Assembly: GCA_964057225.1 (NCBI GenBank)
Contig: CAXKVF010000080.1
Location: forward strand, 248,001-312,000
Origin: Auanema rhodensis
Taxonomy: Eukaryota; Animalia; Nematoda
Reading direction: 5' to 3'
DNA: 64,000 nucleotides
Below the pieces are notes generated by a model. The model was not told where the DNA came from. It searched no databases and worked only from the letters and a program-made list of their open reading frames with translations. The translations under genes were made by a program, and so were the position numbers. Below, piece after piece: positions 1-13,200 of this stretch (the first letter of the stretch is position 1; each line of letters starts with the position of its first letter).

Positions 1-35
1 ATGTACACGTGATGTGCACTTGGTATGTAACTCGC

Positions 36-45
36 TTCACGTGAA
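36..45. other. Perfect 10-bp palindrome TTCACGTGAA with an E-box/G-box core; present in nearly every monomer
   Basis: Read directly from the sequence; self reverse-complementary. Function not shown. Confidence 0.9.
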
Positions 46-123
46 AGATAAAGAGATGCGGTTTTCAAAATTAGATTCCCCATGTCCATATTAGTCTAAA
101 AACAAATTGTTATTGATATTGCT

Positions 124-138
124 TCATGGTAACCATGA
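124..138. other. 15-bp dyad TCATGGT-A-ACCATGA (7-bp arms, 1-nt spacer); arms are 6 bp in T124G monomers
   Basis: The reverse complement of TCATGGT is ACCATGA. Within positions 125-138 I noticed only one variant copy (G129C, monomer at 33615). Confidence 0.9.
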
Positions 139-1232
139 CTTTGAAATTTACGTGAACTTTAATTTATGCTAATTAAATGTACACGTGATGTGCACTTGGT
201 ATGTAACTCGCTTCACGTGAAAGATAAAGAGATGCGGTTTTCAAAATTAGATTCCCCCTGTCCATATTAGTCTAAAAACAAATTTTTATTGATATTGGTT
301 CATGGTAACCATGACTTTGAAATTTACGTGAACTTTAATTTATGCTAATTAAAAGTACACGTGATGTGCACTTGGTATGTAACTCGCTTCACGTGAAAGA
401 TAAAGAGATGCGGTTTTCAAAATTAGATTCCCCATGTCCATATTAGTCTAAAAACAAATTTTTATTGATATTGGTTCATGGTAACCATGACTTTGAAATT
501 TACGTGAACTTTAATTTATGCTAATTAAATGTACACGTGATGTGCACTTGGTATGTAACTCGCTTCACGTGAAAGATAAAGAGATGCGGTTTTCAAAATT
601 AGATTCCCCATGTCCATATTAGTCTAAAAACAAATTTTTATTGATATTGGTGCATGGTAACCATGACTTTGAAATTTACGTGAACTTTAATTTATGCTAA
701 TTAAATGTACACGTGATGTGCACTTGGTATGTAACTCGCTTCACGTGAAAGATAAAGAGATGCGGTTTTCAAAATTAGATTCCCCATGTCCATATTAGTC
801 TAAAAACAAATTTTGATTGATATTGGTTCATGGTAACCATGACTTTGAAATTTATGTGAACTTTAATTTATGCTAATTAAATGTACACGTGATGTGCACT
901 TGGTATGTAACTCGCTTCACGTGAAAGATAAAGAGATGCGGTTTTCAAAATTAGATTCCCCATGTCCATATTAGTCTAAAAACAAATTTTTATTGATATT
1001 GCTTCATGGTAACCATGACTTTGAAATTTACGTGAACTTTAATTTATGCTAATTAAATGTACACGTGATGTGCACTTGGTATGTAACTCGCTTCACGTGA
1101 AAGATAAAGAGATGCGGTTTTCAAAATTAGATTCCCCCTGTCCATATTAGTCTAAAAACAAATTTTTATTGATATTGCTTCATGGTAACCATGACTTTGA
1201 AATTTACGTGAACTTTAATTTATGCTAATTAA

Positions 1233-4200
1233 ATGTACACGTGATGTGCACTTGGTATGTAACTCGCTTCACGTGAAAGATAAAGAGATGCGGTTTTCAA
1301 AATTAGATTCCCCATGTCCATATTAGTCTAAAAACAAATTTTTATTGATATTGCTTCATGGTAACCATGACTTTGAAATTTACGTGAACTTTAATTTATG
1401 CTAATTAAATGTACACGTGATGTGCACTTGGTATGTAACTCGCTTCACGTGAAAGATAAAGAGATGCGGTTTTCAAAATTAGATTCCCCATGTCCATATT
1501 AGTCTAAAAACAAATTTTTATTGATATTGGTGCATGGTAACCATGACTTTGAAATTTACGTGAACTTTAATTTATGCTAATTAAATGTACACGTGATGTG
1601 CACTTGGTATGTAACTCGCTTCACGTGAAAGATAAAGAGATGCGGTTTTCAAAATTAGATTCCCCATGTCCATATTAGTCTAAAAACAAATTTTTATTGA
1701 TATTGCTTCATGGTAACCATGACTTTGAAATTTACGTGAACTTTAATTTATGCTAATTAAATGTACACGTGATGTGCACTTGGTATGTAACTCGCTTCAC
1801 GTGAAAGATAAAGAGATGCGGTTTTCAAAATTAGATTCCCCATGTCCATATTAGTCTCAAAACAAATTTTTATTGATATTGGTTCATGGTAACCATGACT
1901 TTGAAATTTACGTGAACTTTAATTTATGCTAATTAAATGTACACGTGATGTGCACTTGGTATGTAACTCGCTTCACGTGAAAGATAAAGAGATGCGGTTT
2001 TCAAAATTAGATTCCCCATGTCCATATTAGTCTAAAAACAAATTTTTATTGATATTGGTGCATGGTAACCATGACTTTGAAATTTACGTGAACTTTAATT
2101 TATGCTAATTAAATGTACACGTGATGTGCACTTGGTATGTAACTCGCTTCACGTGAAAGATAAAGAGATGCGGTTTTCAAAATTAGATTCCCCATGTCCA
2201 TATTAGTCTAAAAACAAATTTCTATTGATATTGGTTCATGGTAACCATGACTTTGAAATTTACGTGAACTTTAATTTATGCTAATTAAATGTACACGTGA
2301 TGTGCACTTGGTATGTAACTCGCTTCACGTGAAAGATAAAGAGATGCGGTTTTCAAAATTAGATTCCCCATGTCCATATTAGTCTAAAAACAAATTTTTA
2401 TTGATATTGGTTCATGGTAACCATGACTTTGAAATTTACGTGAACTTTAATTTATGCTAATTAAATGTACACGTGATGTGCACTTGGTATGTAACTCGCT
2501 TCACGTGAAAGATAAAGAGATGCGGTTTTCAAAATTAGATTCCCCATGTCCATATTAGTCTAAAAACAAATTTTTATTGATATTGGTGCATGGTAACCAT
2601 GACTTTGAAATTTACGTGAACTTTAATTTATGCTAATTAAATGTACACGTGATGTGCACTTGGTATGTAACTCGCTTCACGTGAAAGATAAAGAGATGCG
2701 GTTTTCAAAATTAGATTCCCCATGTCCATATTAGTCTAAAAACAAATTTTTATTGATATTGGTTCATGGTAACCATGACTTTGAAATTTACGTGAACTTT
2801 AATTTATGCTAATTAAATGTACACGTGATGTGCACTTGGTATGTAACTCGCTTCACGTGAAAGAAGAAGAGATGCGGTTTTCAGAATTAGATTCCCCATG
2901 TCCATATTAGTCTAAAAACAAATTTTTATTGATATTGGTTCATGGTAACCATGACTTTGAAATTTACGTGAACTTTAATTTATGCTAATTAAATGTACAC
3001 GTGATGTGCACTTGGTATGTAACTCGCTTCATGTGAAAGATAAAGAGATGCGGTTTTCAAAATTAGATTCCTCATGTCCATATTAGTCTAAAAACAAATT
3101 TTTATTGATATTGGTTCATGGTAACCATGACTATGAAATTTACGTGAACTTTAATTTATGCTAATTAAATGTACACGTGATGTGCACTTGGTATGTAACT
3201 CGCTTCACGTGAAAGATAAAGAGATGCGGTTTTCAAAATTAGATTCCCCATGTCCATATTAGTCTAAAAACAAATTTTTATTGATATTGGTGCATGGTAA
3301 CCATGACTTTGAAATTTACGTGAACTTTAATTTATGCTAATTAAATGTACACGTGATGTGCACTTGGTATGTAACTCGCTTCACGTGAAAGATGAAGAGA
3401 TGCGGTTTTCAAAATTAGATTCCCCATGTCCATATTAGTCTAAAAACAAATTTTTATTGATATTGGTGCATGGTAACCATGACTTTGAAATTTACGTGAA
3501 CTTTAATTTATGCTAATTAAATGTACACGTGATGTGCACTTGGTATGTAACTCGCTTCACGTGAAAGATAAAGAGATGCGGTTTTCAAAATTATATTCCC
3601 CATGTCCATATTAGTTTAAAAACAAATTTTTATTGATATTGGTGCATGGTAACCATGACTTTGAAATTTACGTGAACTTTAATTTATGCTAATTAAATGT
3701 ACACGTGATGTGCACTTGGTATGTAACTCGCTTCACGTGAAAGATAAAGAGATGCGGTTTTCAAAATTAGATTCCCCATGTCCATATTAGTCTAAAAACA
3801 AATTTTTATTGATATTGGTTCATGGTAACCATGACTTTGAAATTTACGTGAACTTTAATTTATGCTAATTAAATGTACACGTGATGTGCACTTGGTATGT
3901 AACTCGCTTCACGTGAAAGATAAAGAGATGCGGTTTTCAAAATTAGATTCCCCATGTCCATATTAGTCTAAAAACAAATTTTTATTGATATTGGTTCATG
4001 GTAACCATGACTTTGAAATTTACGTGAACTTTAATTTATGCTAATTAAATGTACACGTGATGTGCACTTGGTATGTAACTCGCTTCACGTGAAAGATAAA
4101 GAGATGCGGTTTTCAAAATTATATTCCCCATGTCCATATTAGTCTGAAAACAAATTTTTATTGATATTGGTGCATGGTAACCATGACTTTGAAATTTACG

Positions 4201-7200
4201 TGAACTTTAATTTATGCTAATTAAATGTACACGTGATGTGCACTTGGTATGTAACTCGCTTCACGTGAAAGATGAAGAGATGCGGTTTTCAAAATTAGAT
4301 TCCCCATGTCCATATTAGTCTAAAAACAAATTTTCATTGATATTGGTGCATGGTAACCATGACTTTGAAATTTACGTGAACTTTAATTTATGCTAATTAA
4401 ATGTACACGTGATGTGCACTTGGTATGTAACTCGCTTCACGTGAAAGATAAAGAGATGCGGTTTTCAAAATTATATTCCCCATGTCCATATTAGTTTAAA
4501 AACAAATTTTTATTGATATTGGTGCATGGTAACCATGACTTTGAAATTTACGTGAACTTTAATTTATGCTAATTAAATGTACACGTGATGTGCACTTGGT
4601 ATGTAACTCGCTTCACGTGAAAGATAAAGAGATGCGGTTTTCAAAATTAGATTCCCCATGTCCATATTAGTCTAAAAACAAATTTTTATTGATATTGGTT
4701 CATGGTAACCATGACTTTGAAATTTACGTGAACTTTAATTTATGCTAATTAAATGTACACGTGATGTGCACTTGGTATGTAACTCGCTTCACGTGAAAGA
4801 TAAAGAGATGCGGTTTTCAAAATTAGATTCCCCATGTCCATATTAGTCTAAAAACAAATTTTTATTGATATTGGTTCATGGTAACCATGACTTTGAAATT
4901 TACGTGAACTTTAATTTATGCTAATTAAATGTACACGTGATGTGCACTTGGTATGTAACTCGCTTCACGTGAAAGATAAAGAGATGCGGTTTTCAAAATT
5001 AGATTCCCCATGTCCATATTAGTCTAAAAACAAATTTTTATTGATATTGGTGCATGGTAACCATGACTTTGAAATTTACGTGAACTTTAATTCATGCTAA
5101 TTAAATGTACACGTGATGTGCACTTGGTATGTAACTCGCTTCACGTGAAAGATAAAGAGATGCGGTTTTCAAAATTAGATTCCCCATGTCCATATTAGTC
5201 TAAAAACAAATTTTTATTGATATTGGTGCATGGTAACCATGACTTTGAAATTTACGTGAACTTTAATTTATGCTAATTAAATGTACACGTGATGTGCACT
5301 TGGTATGTAACTCGCTTCACGTGAAAGATAAAGAGATGCGGTTTTCAAAATTAGATTCCCCATGTCCATATTAGTTTAAAAACAAATTTTTATTGATATT
5401 GGTGCATGGTAACCATGACTTTGAAATTTACGTGAACTTTAATTTATGCTAATTAAATGTACACGTGATGTGCACTTGGTATGTAACTCGCTTCACGTGA
5501 AAGATAAAGAGATGCGGTTTTCAAAATTAGATTCCCCATGTCCATATTAGTCTAAAAACAAATTTTTATTGATATTGCTTCATGGTAACCATGACTTTGA
5601 AATTTACGTGAACTTTAATTTATGCTAATTAAATGTACACGTGATGTGCACTTGGTATGTAACTCGCTTCACGTGAAAGATAAAGAGATGCGGTTTTCAA
5701 AATTAGATTCCCCATGTCCATATTAGTCTAAAAACAAATTTTTATTGATATTGGTGCATGGTAACCATGACTTTGAAATTTACGTGAACTTTAATTTATG
5801 CTAATTAAATGTACACGTGATGTGCACTTGGTATGTAACTCGCTTCACGTGAAAGATAAAGAGATGCGGTTTTCAAAATTAGATTCCCCATGTCCATATT
5901 AGTCTAAAAACAAATTTTTATTGATATTGCTTCATGGTAACCATGACTTTGAAATTTACGTGAACTTTAATTTATGCTAATTAAATGTACACGTGATGTG
6001 CACTTGGTATGTAACTCGCTTCACGTGAAAGATAAAGAGATGCGGTTTTCAAAATTAGATTCCCCATGTCCATATTAGTCTAAAAACAAATTTTTATTGA
6101 TATTGCTTCATGGTAACCATGACTTTGAAATTTACGTGAACTTTAATTTATGCTAATTAAATGTACACGTGATGTGCACTTGGTATGTAACTCGCTTCAC
6201 GTGAAAGATAAAGAGATGCGGTTTTTAAAATTAGATTCCCCATGTCCATATTAGTCTCAAAACAAATTTTTATTGATATTGGTTCATGGTAACCATGACT
6301 TTGAAATTTACGTGAACTTTAATTTATGCTAATTAAATGTACACGTGATGTGCACTTGGTATGTAACTCGCTTCACGTGAAAGATAAAGAGATGCGGTTT
6401 TTAAAATTAGATTCCCCATGTCCATATTAGTCTCAAAACAAATTTTTATTGATATTGGTGCATGGTAACCATGACTTTGAAATTTACGTGAACTTTAATT
6501 TATGCTAATTAAATGTACACGTGATGTGCACTTGGTATGTAACTCGCTTCACGTGAAAGATAAAGAGATGCGGTTTTCAAAATTAGATTCCCCATGTCCA
6601 TATTAGTCTAAAAACAAATTTTTATTGATATTGGTGCATGGTAACCATGACTTTGAAATTTACGTGAACTTTAATTTATGCTAATTAAATGTACACGTGA
6701 TGTGCACTTGGTAAGTAACTCGCTTCACGTGAAAGATAAAGAGATGCGGTTTTCAAAATTAGATTCCCCATGTCCATATTAGTTTAAAAAGAAATTTTTA
6801 TTGATATTGGTGCATGGTAACCATGACTTTGAAATTTACGTGAACTTTAATTTATGCTAATTAAATGTACACGTGATGTGCACTTGGTATGTAACTCGCT
6901 TCACGTGAAAGATAAAGAGATGCGGTTTTCAAAATTAGATTCCCCATGTCCATATTAGTCTAAAAACAAATTTTTATTGATATTGGTGCATGGTAACCAT
7001 GACTTTGAAATTTACGTGAACTTTAATTTATGCTAATTAAATGTACACGTGATGTGCACTTGGTATGTAACTCGCTTCACGTGAAAGATAAAGAGATGCG
7101 GTTTTCAAAATTAGATTCCCCATGTCCATATTAGTCTAAAAACAAATTTTTATTGATATTGCTTCATGGTAACCATGACTTTGAAATTTACGTGAACTTT

Positions 7201-10200
7201 AATTTATGCTAATTAAATGTACACGTGATGTGCACTTGGTATGTAACTCGCTTCACGTGAAAGATAAAGAGATGCGGTTTTCAAAATTAGATTCCCCATG
7301 TCCATATTAGTCTAAAAACAAATTTTTATTGATATTGCTTCATGGTAACCATGACTTTGAAATTTACGTGAACTTTAATTTATGCTAATTAAATGTACAC
7401 GTGATGTGCACTTGGTATGTAACTCGCTTCACGTGAAAGATAAAGAGATGCGGTTTTCAAAATTAGATTCCCCATGTCCATATTAGTCTAAAAACAAATT
7501 TTTATTGATATTGGTGCATGGTAACCATGACTTTGAAATTTACGTGAACTTTAATTTATGCTAATTAAATGTACACGTGATGTGCACTTGGTATGTAACT
7601 CGCTTCACGTGAAAGATAAAGAGATGCGGTTTTCAAAATTAGATTCCCCATGTCCATATTAGTCTAAAAACAAATTTTTATTGATATTGCTTCATGGTAA
7701 CCATGACTTTGAAATTTACGTGAACTTTAATTTATGCTAATTAAATGTACACGTGATGTGCACTTGGTATGTAACTCGCTTCACGTGAAAGATAAAGAGA
7801 TGCGGTTTTCAAAATTAGATTCCCCATGTCCATATTAGTCTCAAAACAAATTTTTATTGATATTGGTTCATGGTAACCATGACTTTGAAATTTACGTGAA
7901 CTTTAATTTATGCTAATTAAATGTACACGTGATGTGCACTTGGTATGTAACTCGCTTCACGTGAAAGATAAAGAGATGCGGTTTTCAAAATTAGATTCCC
8001 CATGTCCATATTAGTCTAAAAACAAATTTTTATTGATATTGGTGCATGGTAACCATGACTTTGAAATTTACGTGAACTTTAATTTATGCTAATAAAATGT
8101 ACACGTGATGTGCACTTGGTATGTAACTCGCTTCACGTGAAAGATAAAGAGATGCGGTTTTCAAAATTAGATTCCCCATGTCCATATTAGTCTAAAAACA
8201 AATTTCTATTGATATTGGTTCATGGTAACCATGACTTTGAAATTTACGTGAACTTTAATTTATGCTAATTAAATGTACACGTGATGTGCACTTGGTATGT
8301 AACTCGCTTCACGTGAAAGATAAAGAGATGCGGTTTTCAAAATTAGATTCCCCATGTCCATATTAGTCTAAAAACAAATTTTTATTGATATTGGTTCATG
8401 GTAACCATGACTTTGAAATTTACGTGAACTTTAATTTATGCTAATTAAATGTACACGTGATGTGCACTTGGTATGTAACTCGCTTCACGTGAAAGATAAA
8501 GAGATGCGGTTTTCAAAATTAGATTCCCCATGTCCATATTAGTCTAAAAACAAATTTTTATTGATATTGGTGCATGGTAACCATGACTTTGAAATTTACG
8601 TGAACTTTAATTTATGCTAATTAAATGTACACGTGATGTGCACTTGGTATGTAACTCGCTTCACGTGAAAGATAAAGAGATGCGGTTTTCAAAATTAGAT
8701 TCCCCATGTCCATATTAGTCTAAAAACAAATTTTTATTGATATTGGTTCATGGTAACCATGACTTTGAAATTTACGTGAACTTTAATTTATGCTAATTAA
8801 ATGTACACGTGATGTGCACTTGGTATGTAACTCGCTTCACGTGAAAGAAGAAGAGATGCGGTTTTCAGAATTAGATTCCCCATGTCCATATTAGTCTAAA
8901 AACAAATTTTTATTGATATTGGTTCATGGTAACCATGACTTTGAAATTTACGTGAACTTTAATTTATGCTAATTAAATGTACACGTGATGTGCACTTGGT
9001 ATGTAACTCGCTTCATGTGAAAGATAAAGAGATGCGGTTTTCAAAATTAGATTCCTCATGTCCATATTAGTCTAAAAACAAATTTTTATTGATATTGGTT
9101 CATGGTAACCATGACTATGAAATTTACGTGAACTTTAATTTATGCTAATTAAATGTACACGTGATGTGCACTTGGTATGTAACTCGCTTCACGTGAAAGA
9201 TAAAGAGATGCGGTTTTCAAAATTAGATTCCCCATGTCCATATTAGTCTAAAAACAAATTTTTATTGATATTGGTGCATGGTAACCATGACTTTGAAATT
9301 TACGTGAACTTTAATTTATGCTAATTAAATGTACACGTGATGTGCACTTGGTATGTAACTCGCTTCACGTGAAAGATGAAGAGATGCGGTTTTCAAAATT
9401 AGATTCCCCATGTCCATATTAGTCTAAAAACAAATTTTTATTGATATTGGTGCATGGTAACCATGACTTTGAAATTTACGTGAACTTTAATTTATGCTAA
9501 TTAAATGTACACGTGATGTGCACTTGGTATGTAACTCGCTTCACGTAAAAGATAAAGAGATGCGGTTTTCAAAATTATATTCCCCATGTCCATATTAGTT
9601 TAAAAACAAATTTTTATTGATATTGGTGCATGGTAACCATGACTTTGAAATTTACGTGAACTTTAATTTATGCTAATTAAATGTACACGTGATGTGCACT
9701 TGGTATGTAACTCGCTTCACGTGAAAGATAAAGAGATGCGGTTTTCAAAATTAGATTCCCCATGTCCATATTAGTCTAAAAACAAATTTTTATTGATATT
9801 GGTTCATGGTAACCATGACTTTGAAATTTACGTGAACTTTAATTTATGCTAATTAAATGTACACGTGATGTGCACTTGGTATGTAACTCGCTTCACGTGA
9901 AAGATAAAGAGATGCGGTTTTCAAAATTAGATTCCCCATGTCCATATTAGTCTAAAAACAAATTTTTATTGATATTGGTGCATGGTAACCATGACTTTGA
10001 AATTTACGTGAACTTTAATTTATGCTAATTAAATGTACACGTGATGTGCACTTGGTATGTAACTCGCTTCACGTGAAAGATGAAGAGATGCGGTTTTCAA
10101 AATTAGATTCCCCATGTCCATATTAGTCTAAAAACAAATTTTTATTGATATTGGTGCATGGTAACCATGACTTTGAAATTTACGTGAACTTTAATTTATG

Positions 10201-13200
10201 CTAATTAAATGTACACGTGATGTGCACTTGGTATGTAACTCGCTTCACGTGAAAGATAAAGAGATGCGGTTTTCAAAATTATATTCCCCATGTCCATATT
10301 AGTTTAAAAACAAATTTTTATTGATATTGGTGCATGGTAACCATGACTTTGAAATTTACGTGAACTTTAATTTATGCTAATTAAATGTACACGTGATGTT
10401 CACTTGGTATGTAACTCGCTTCACGTGAAAGATAAAGAGATGCGGTTTTCAAAATTAGATTCCCCATGTCCATATTAGTCTAAAAACAAATTTTTATTGA
10501 TATTGGTTCATGGTAACCATGACTTTGAAATTTACGTGAACTTTAATTTATGCTAATTAAATGTACACGTGATGTGCACTTGGTATGTAACTCGCTTCAC
10601 GTGAAAGATAAAGAGATGCGGTTTTCAAAATTATATTCCCCATGTCCATATTAGTCTGAAAACAAATTTTTATTGATATTGGTGCATGGTAACCATGACT
10701 TTGAAATTTACGTGAACTTTAATTTATGCTAATTAAATGTACACGTGATGTGCACTTGGTATGTAACTCGCTTCACGTGAAAGATGAAGAGATGCGGTTT
10801 TCAAAATTAGATTCCCCATGTCCATATTAGTCTAAAAACAAATTTTCATTGATATTGGTGCATGGTAACCATGACTTTGAAATTTACGTGAACTTTAATT
10901 TATGCTAATTAAATGTACACGTGATGTGCACTTGGTATGTAACTCGCTTCACGTGAAAGATAAAGAGATGCGGTTTTCAAAATTATATTCCCCATGTCCA
11001 TATTAGTTTAAAAACAAATTTTTATTGATATTGGTGCATGGTAACCATGACTTTGAAATTTACGTGAACTTTAATTTATGCTAATTAAATGTACACGTGA
11101 TGTGCACTTGGTATGTAACTCGCTTCACGTGAAAGATAAAGAGATGCGGTTTTCAAAATTAGATTCCCCATGTCCATATTAGTCTAAAAACAAATTTTTA
11201 TTGATATTGGTTCATGGTAACCATGACTTTGAAATTTACGTGAACTTTAATTTATGCTAATTAAATGTACACGTGATGTGCACTTGGTATGTAACTCGCT
11301 TCACGTGAAAGATAAAGAGATGCGGTTTTCAAAATTAGATTCCCCATGTCCATATTAGTCTAAAAACAAATTTTTATTGATATTGGTTCATGGTAACCAT
11401 GACTTTGAAATTTACGTGAACTTTAATTTATGCTAATTAAATGTACACGTGATGTGCACTTGGTATGTAACTCGCTTCACGTGAAAGATAAAGAGATGCG
11501 GTTTTCAAAATTAGATTCCCCATGTCCATATTAGTCTAAAAACAAATTTTTATTGATATTGGTGCATGGTAACCATGACTTTGAAATTTACGTGAACTTT
11601 AATTCATGCTAATTAAATGTACACGTGATGTGCACTTGGTATGTAACTCGCTTCACGTGAAAGATAAAGAGATGCGGTTTTCAAAATTAGATTCCCCATG
11701 TCCATATTAGTCTAAAAACAAATTTTTATTGATATTGGTGCATGGTAACCATGACTTTGAAATTTACGTGAACTTTAATTTATGCTAATTAAATGTACAC
11801 GTGATGTGCACTTGGTATGTAACTCGCTTCACGTGAAAGATAAAGAGATGCGGTTTTCAAAATTAGATTCCCCATGTCCATATTAGTTTAAAAACAAATT
11901 TTTATTGATATTGGTGCATGGTAACCATGACTTTGAAATTTACGTGAACTTTAATTTATGCTAATTAAATGTACACGTGATGTGCACTTGGTATGTAACT
12001 CGCTTCACGTGAAAGATAAAGAGATGCGGTTTTCAAAATTAGATTCCCCATGTCCATATTAGTCTAAAAACAAATTTTTATTGATATTGGTGCATGGTAA
12101 CCATGACTTTGAAATTTACGTGAACTTTAATTTATGCTAATTAAATGTACACGTGATGTGCACTTGGTATGTAACTCGCTTCACGTGAAAGATAAAGAGA
12201 TGCGGTTTTCAAAATTAGATTCCCCATGTCCATATTAGTCTAAAAACAAATTTTTATTGATATTGCTTCATGGTAACCATGACTTTGAAATTTACGTGAA
12301 CTTTAATTTATGCTAATTAAATGTACACGTGATGTGCACTTGGTATGTAACTCGCTTCACGTGAAAGATAAAGAGATGCGGTTTTCAAAATTAGATTCCC
12401 CATGTCCATATTAGTCTAAAAACAAATTTTTATTGATATTGCTTCATGGTAACCATGACTTTGAAATTTACGTGAACTTTAATTCATGCTAATTAAATGT
12501 ACACGTGATGTGCACTTGGTATGTAACTCGCTTCACGTGAAAGATAAAGAGATGCGGTTTTCAAAATTAGATTCCCCATGTCCATATTAGTCTAAAAACA
12601 AATTTTTATTGATATTGGTGCATGGTAACCATGACTTTGAAATTTACGTGAACTTTAATTTATGCTAATTAAATGTACACGTGATGTGCACTTGGTATGT
12701 AACTCGCTTCACGTGAAAGATAAAGAGATGCGGTTTTCAAAATTAGATTCCCCATGTCCATATTAGTTTAAAAACAAATTTTTATTGATATTGGTGCATG
12801 GTAACCATGACTTTGAAATTTACGTGAACTTTAATTTATGCTAATTAAATGTACACGTGATGTGCACTTGGTATGTAACTCGCTTCACGTGAAAGATAAA
12901 GAGATGCGGTTTTCAAAATTAGATTCCCCATGTCCATATTAGTCTAAAAACAAATTTTTATTGATATTGCTTCATGGTAACCATGACTTTGAAATTTACG
13001 TGAACTTTAATTTATGCTAATTAAATGTACACGTGATGTGCACTTGGTATGTAACTCGCTTCACGTGAAAGATAAAGAGATGCGGTTTTCAAAATTAGAT
13101 TCCCCATGTCCATATTAGTCTAAAAACAAATTTTTATTGATATTGGTGCATGGTAACCATGACTTTGAAATTTACGTGAACTTTAATTTATGCTAATTAA

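Larger units (their letters stand above)
1..176. repeat. Representative 176-bp monomer (arbitrary phase)
   Basis: First full unit. The consensus has 56/176 G+C and 5 CpG. It has single BsrGI (TGTACA 2-7), ApaLI (GTGCAC 14-19) and BstEII (GGTAACC 128-134) sites and two PmlI (CACGTG 6-11, 38-43) sites. Confidence 0.98.

Noticed and set aside
30-46. CENP-B box-like motif (ACTCGCTTCACGTGAAA)
   Set aside because: The canonical core is TTCG-NNNN-A-NN-CGGG. Only TCG, the A and one G match, and the CGGG half is absent.
1-176. Identity with known ~176-178 bp satellites (Brassica CentBr, Arabidopsis CEN178, honeybee AluI, primate alpha satellite)
   Set aside because: Only the length is similar. The monomer has no AAGCTT or AGCT site and I recognise no shared sequence. 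A database search is required before naming it.
1-176. Tandem RNA gene unit (5S rRNA, tRNA, snRNA, spliced leader) or tandem MITE
   Set aside because: I see no recognisable Pol III A/B/C boxes, cloverleaf or 5S similarity, and no terminal inverted repeats with target-site duplications. An Rfam/Infernal scan would settle it.
44-176. Phased A-tracts producing intrinsic curvature
   Set aside because: A/T tracts are abundant (62-70, 98-111, 140-149, 158-165, 171-176), but I could not establish a consistent 10-11 bp phase by eye. It needs a curvature calculation.
3591-3619. Co-occurring G74T and C96T hit the same predicted base pair of the TTAGA/TCTAA stem (possible covariation)
   Set aside because: The change gives a T-T mismatch, not a compensatory pair. 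Each variant also occurs alone, so linkage by descent explains it.
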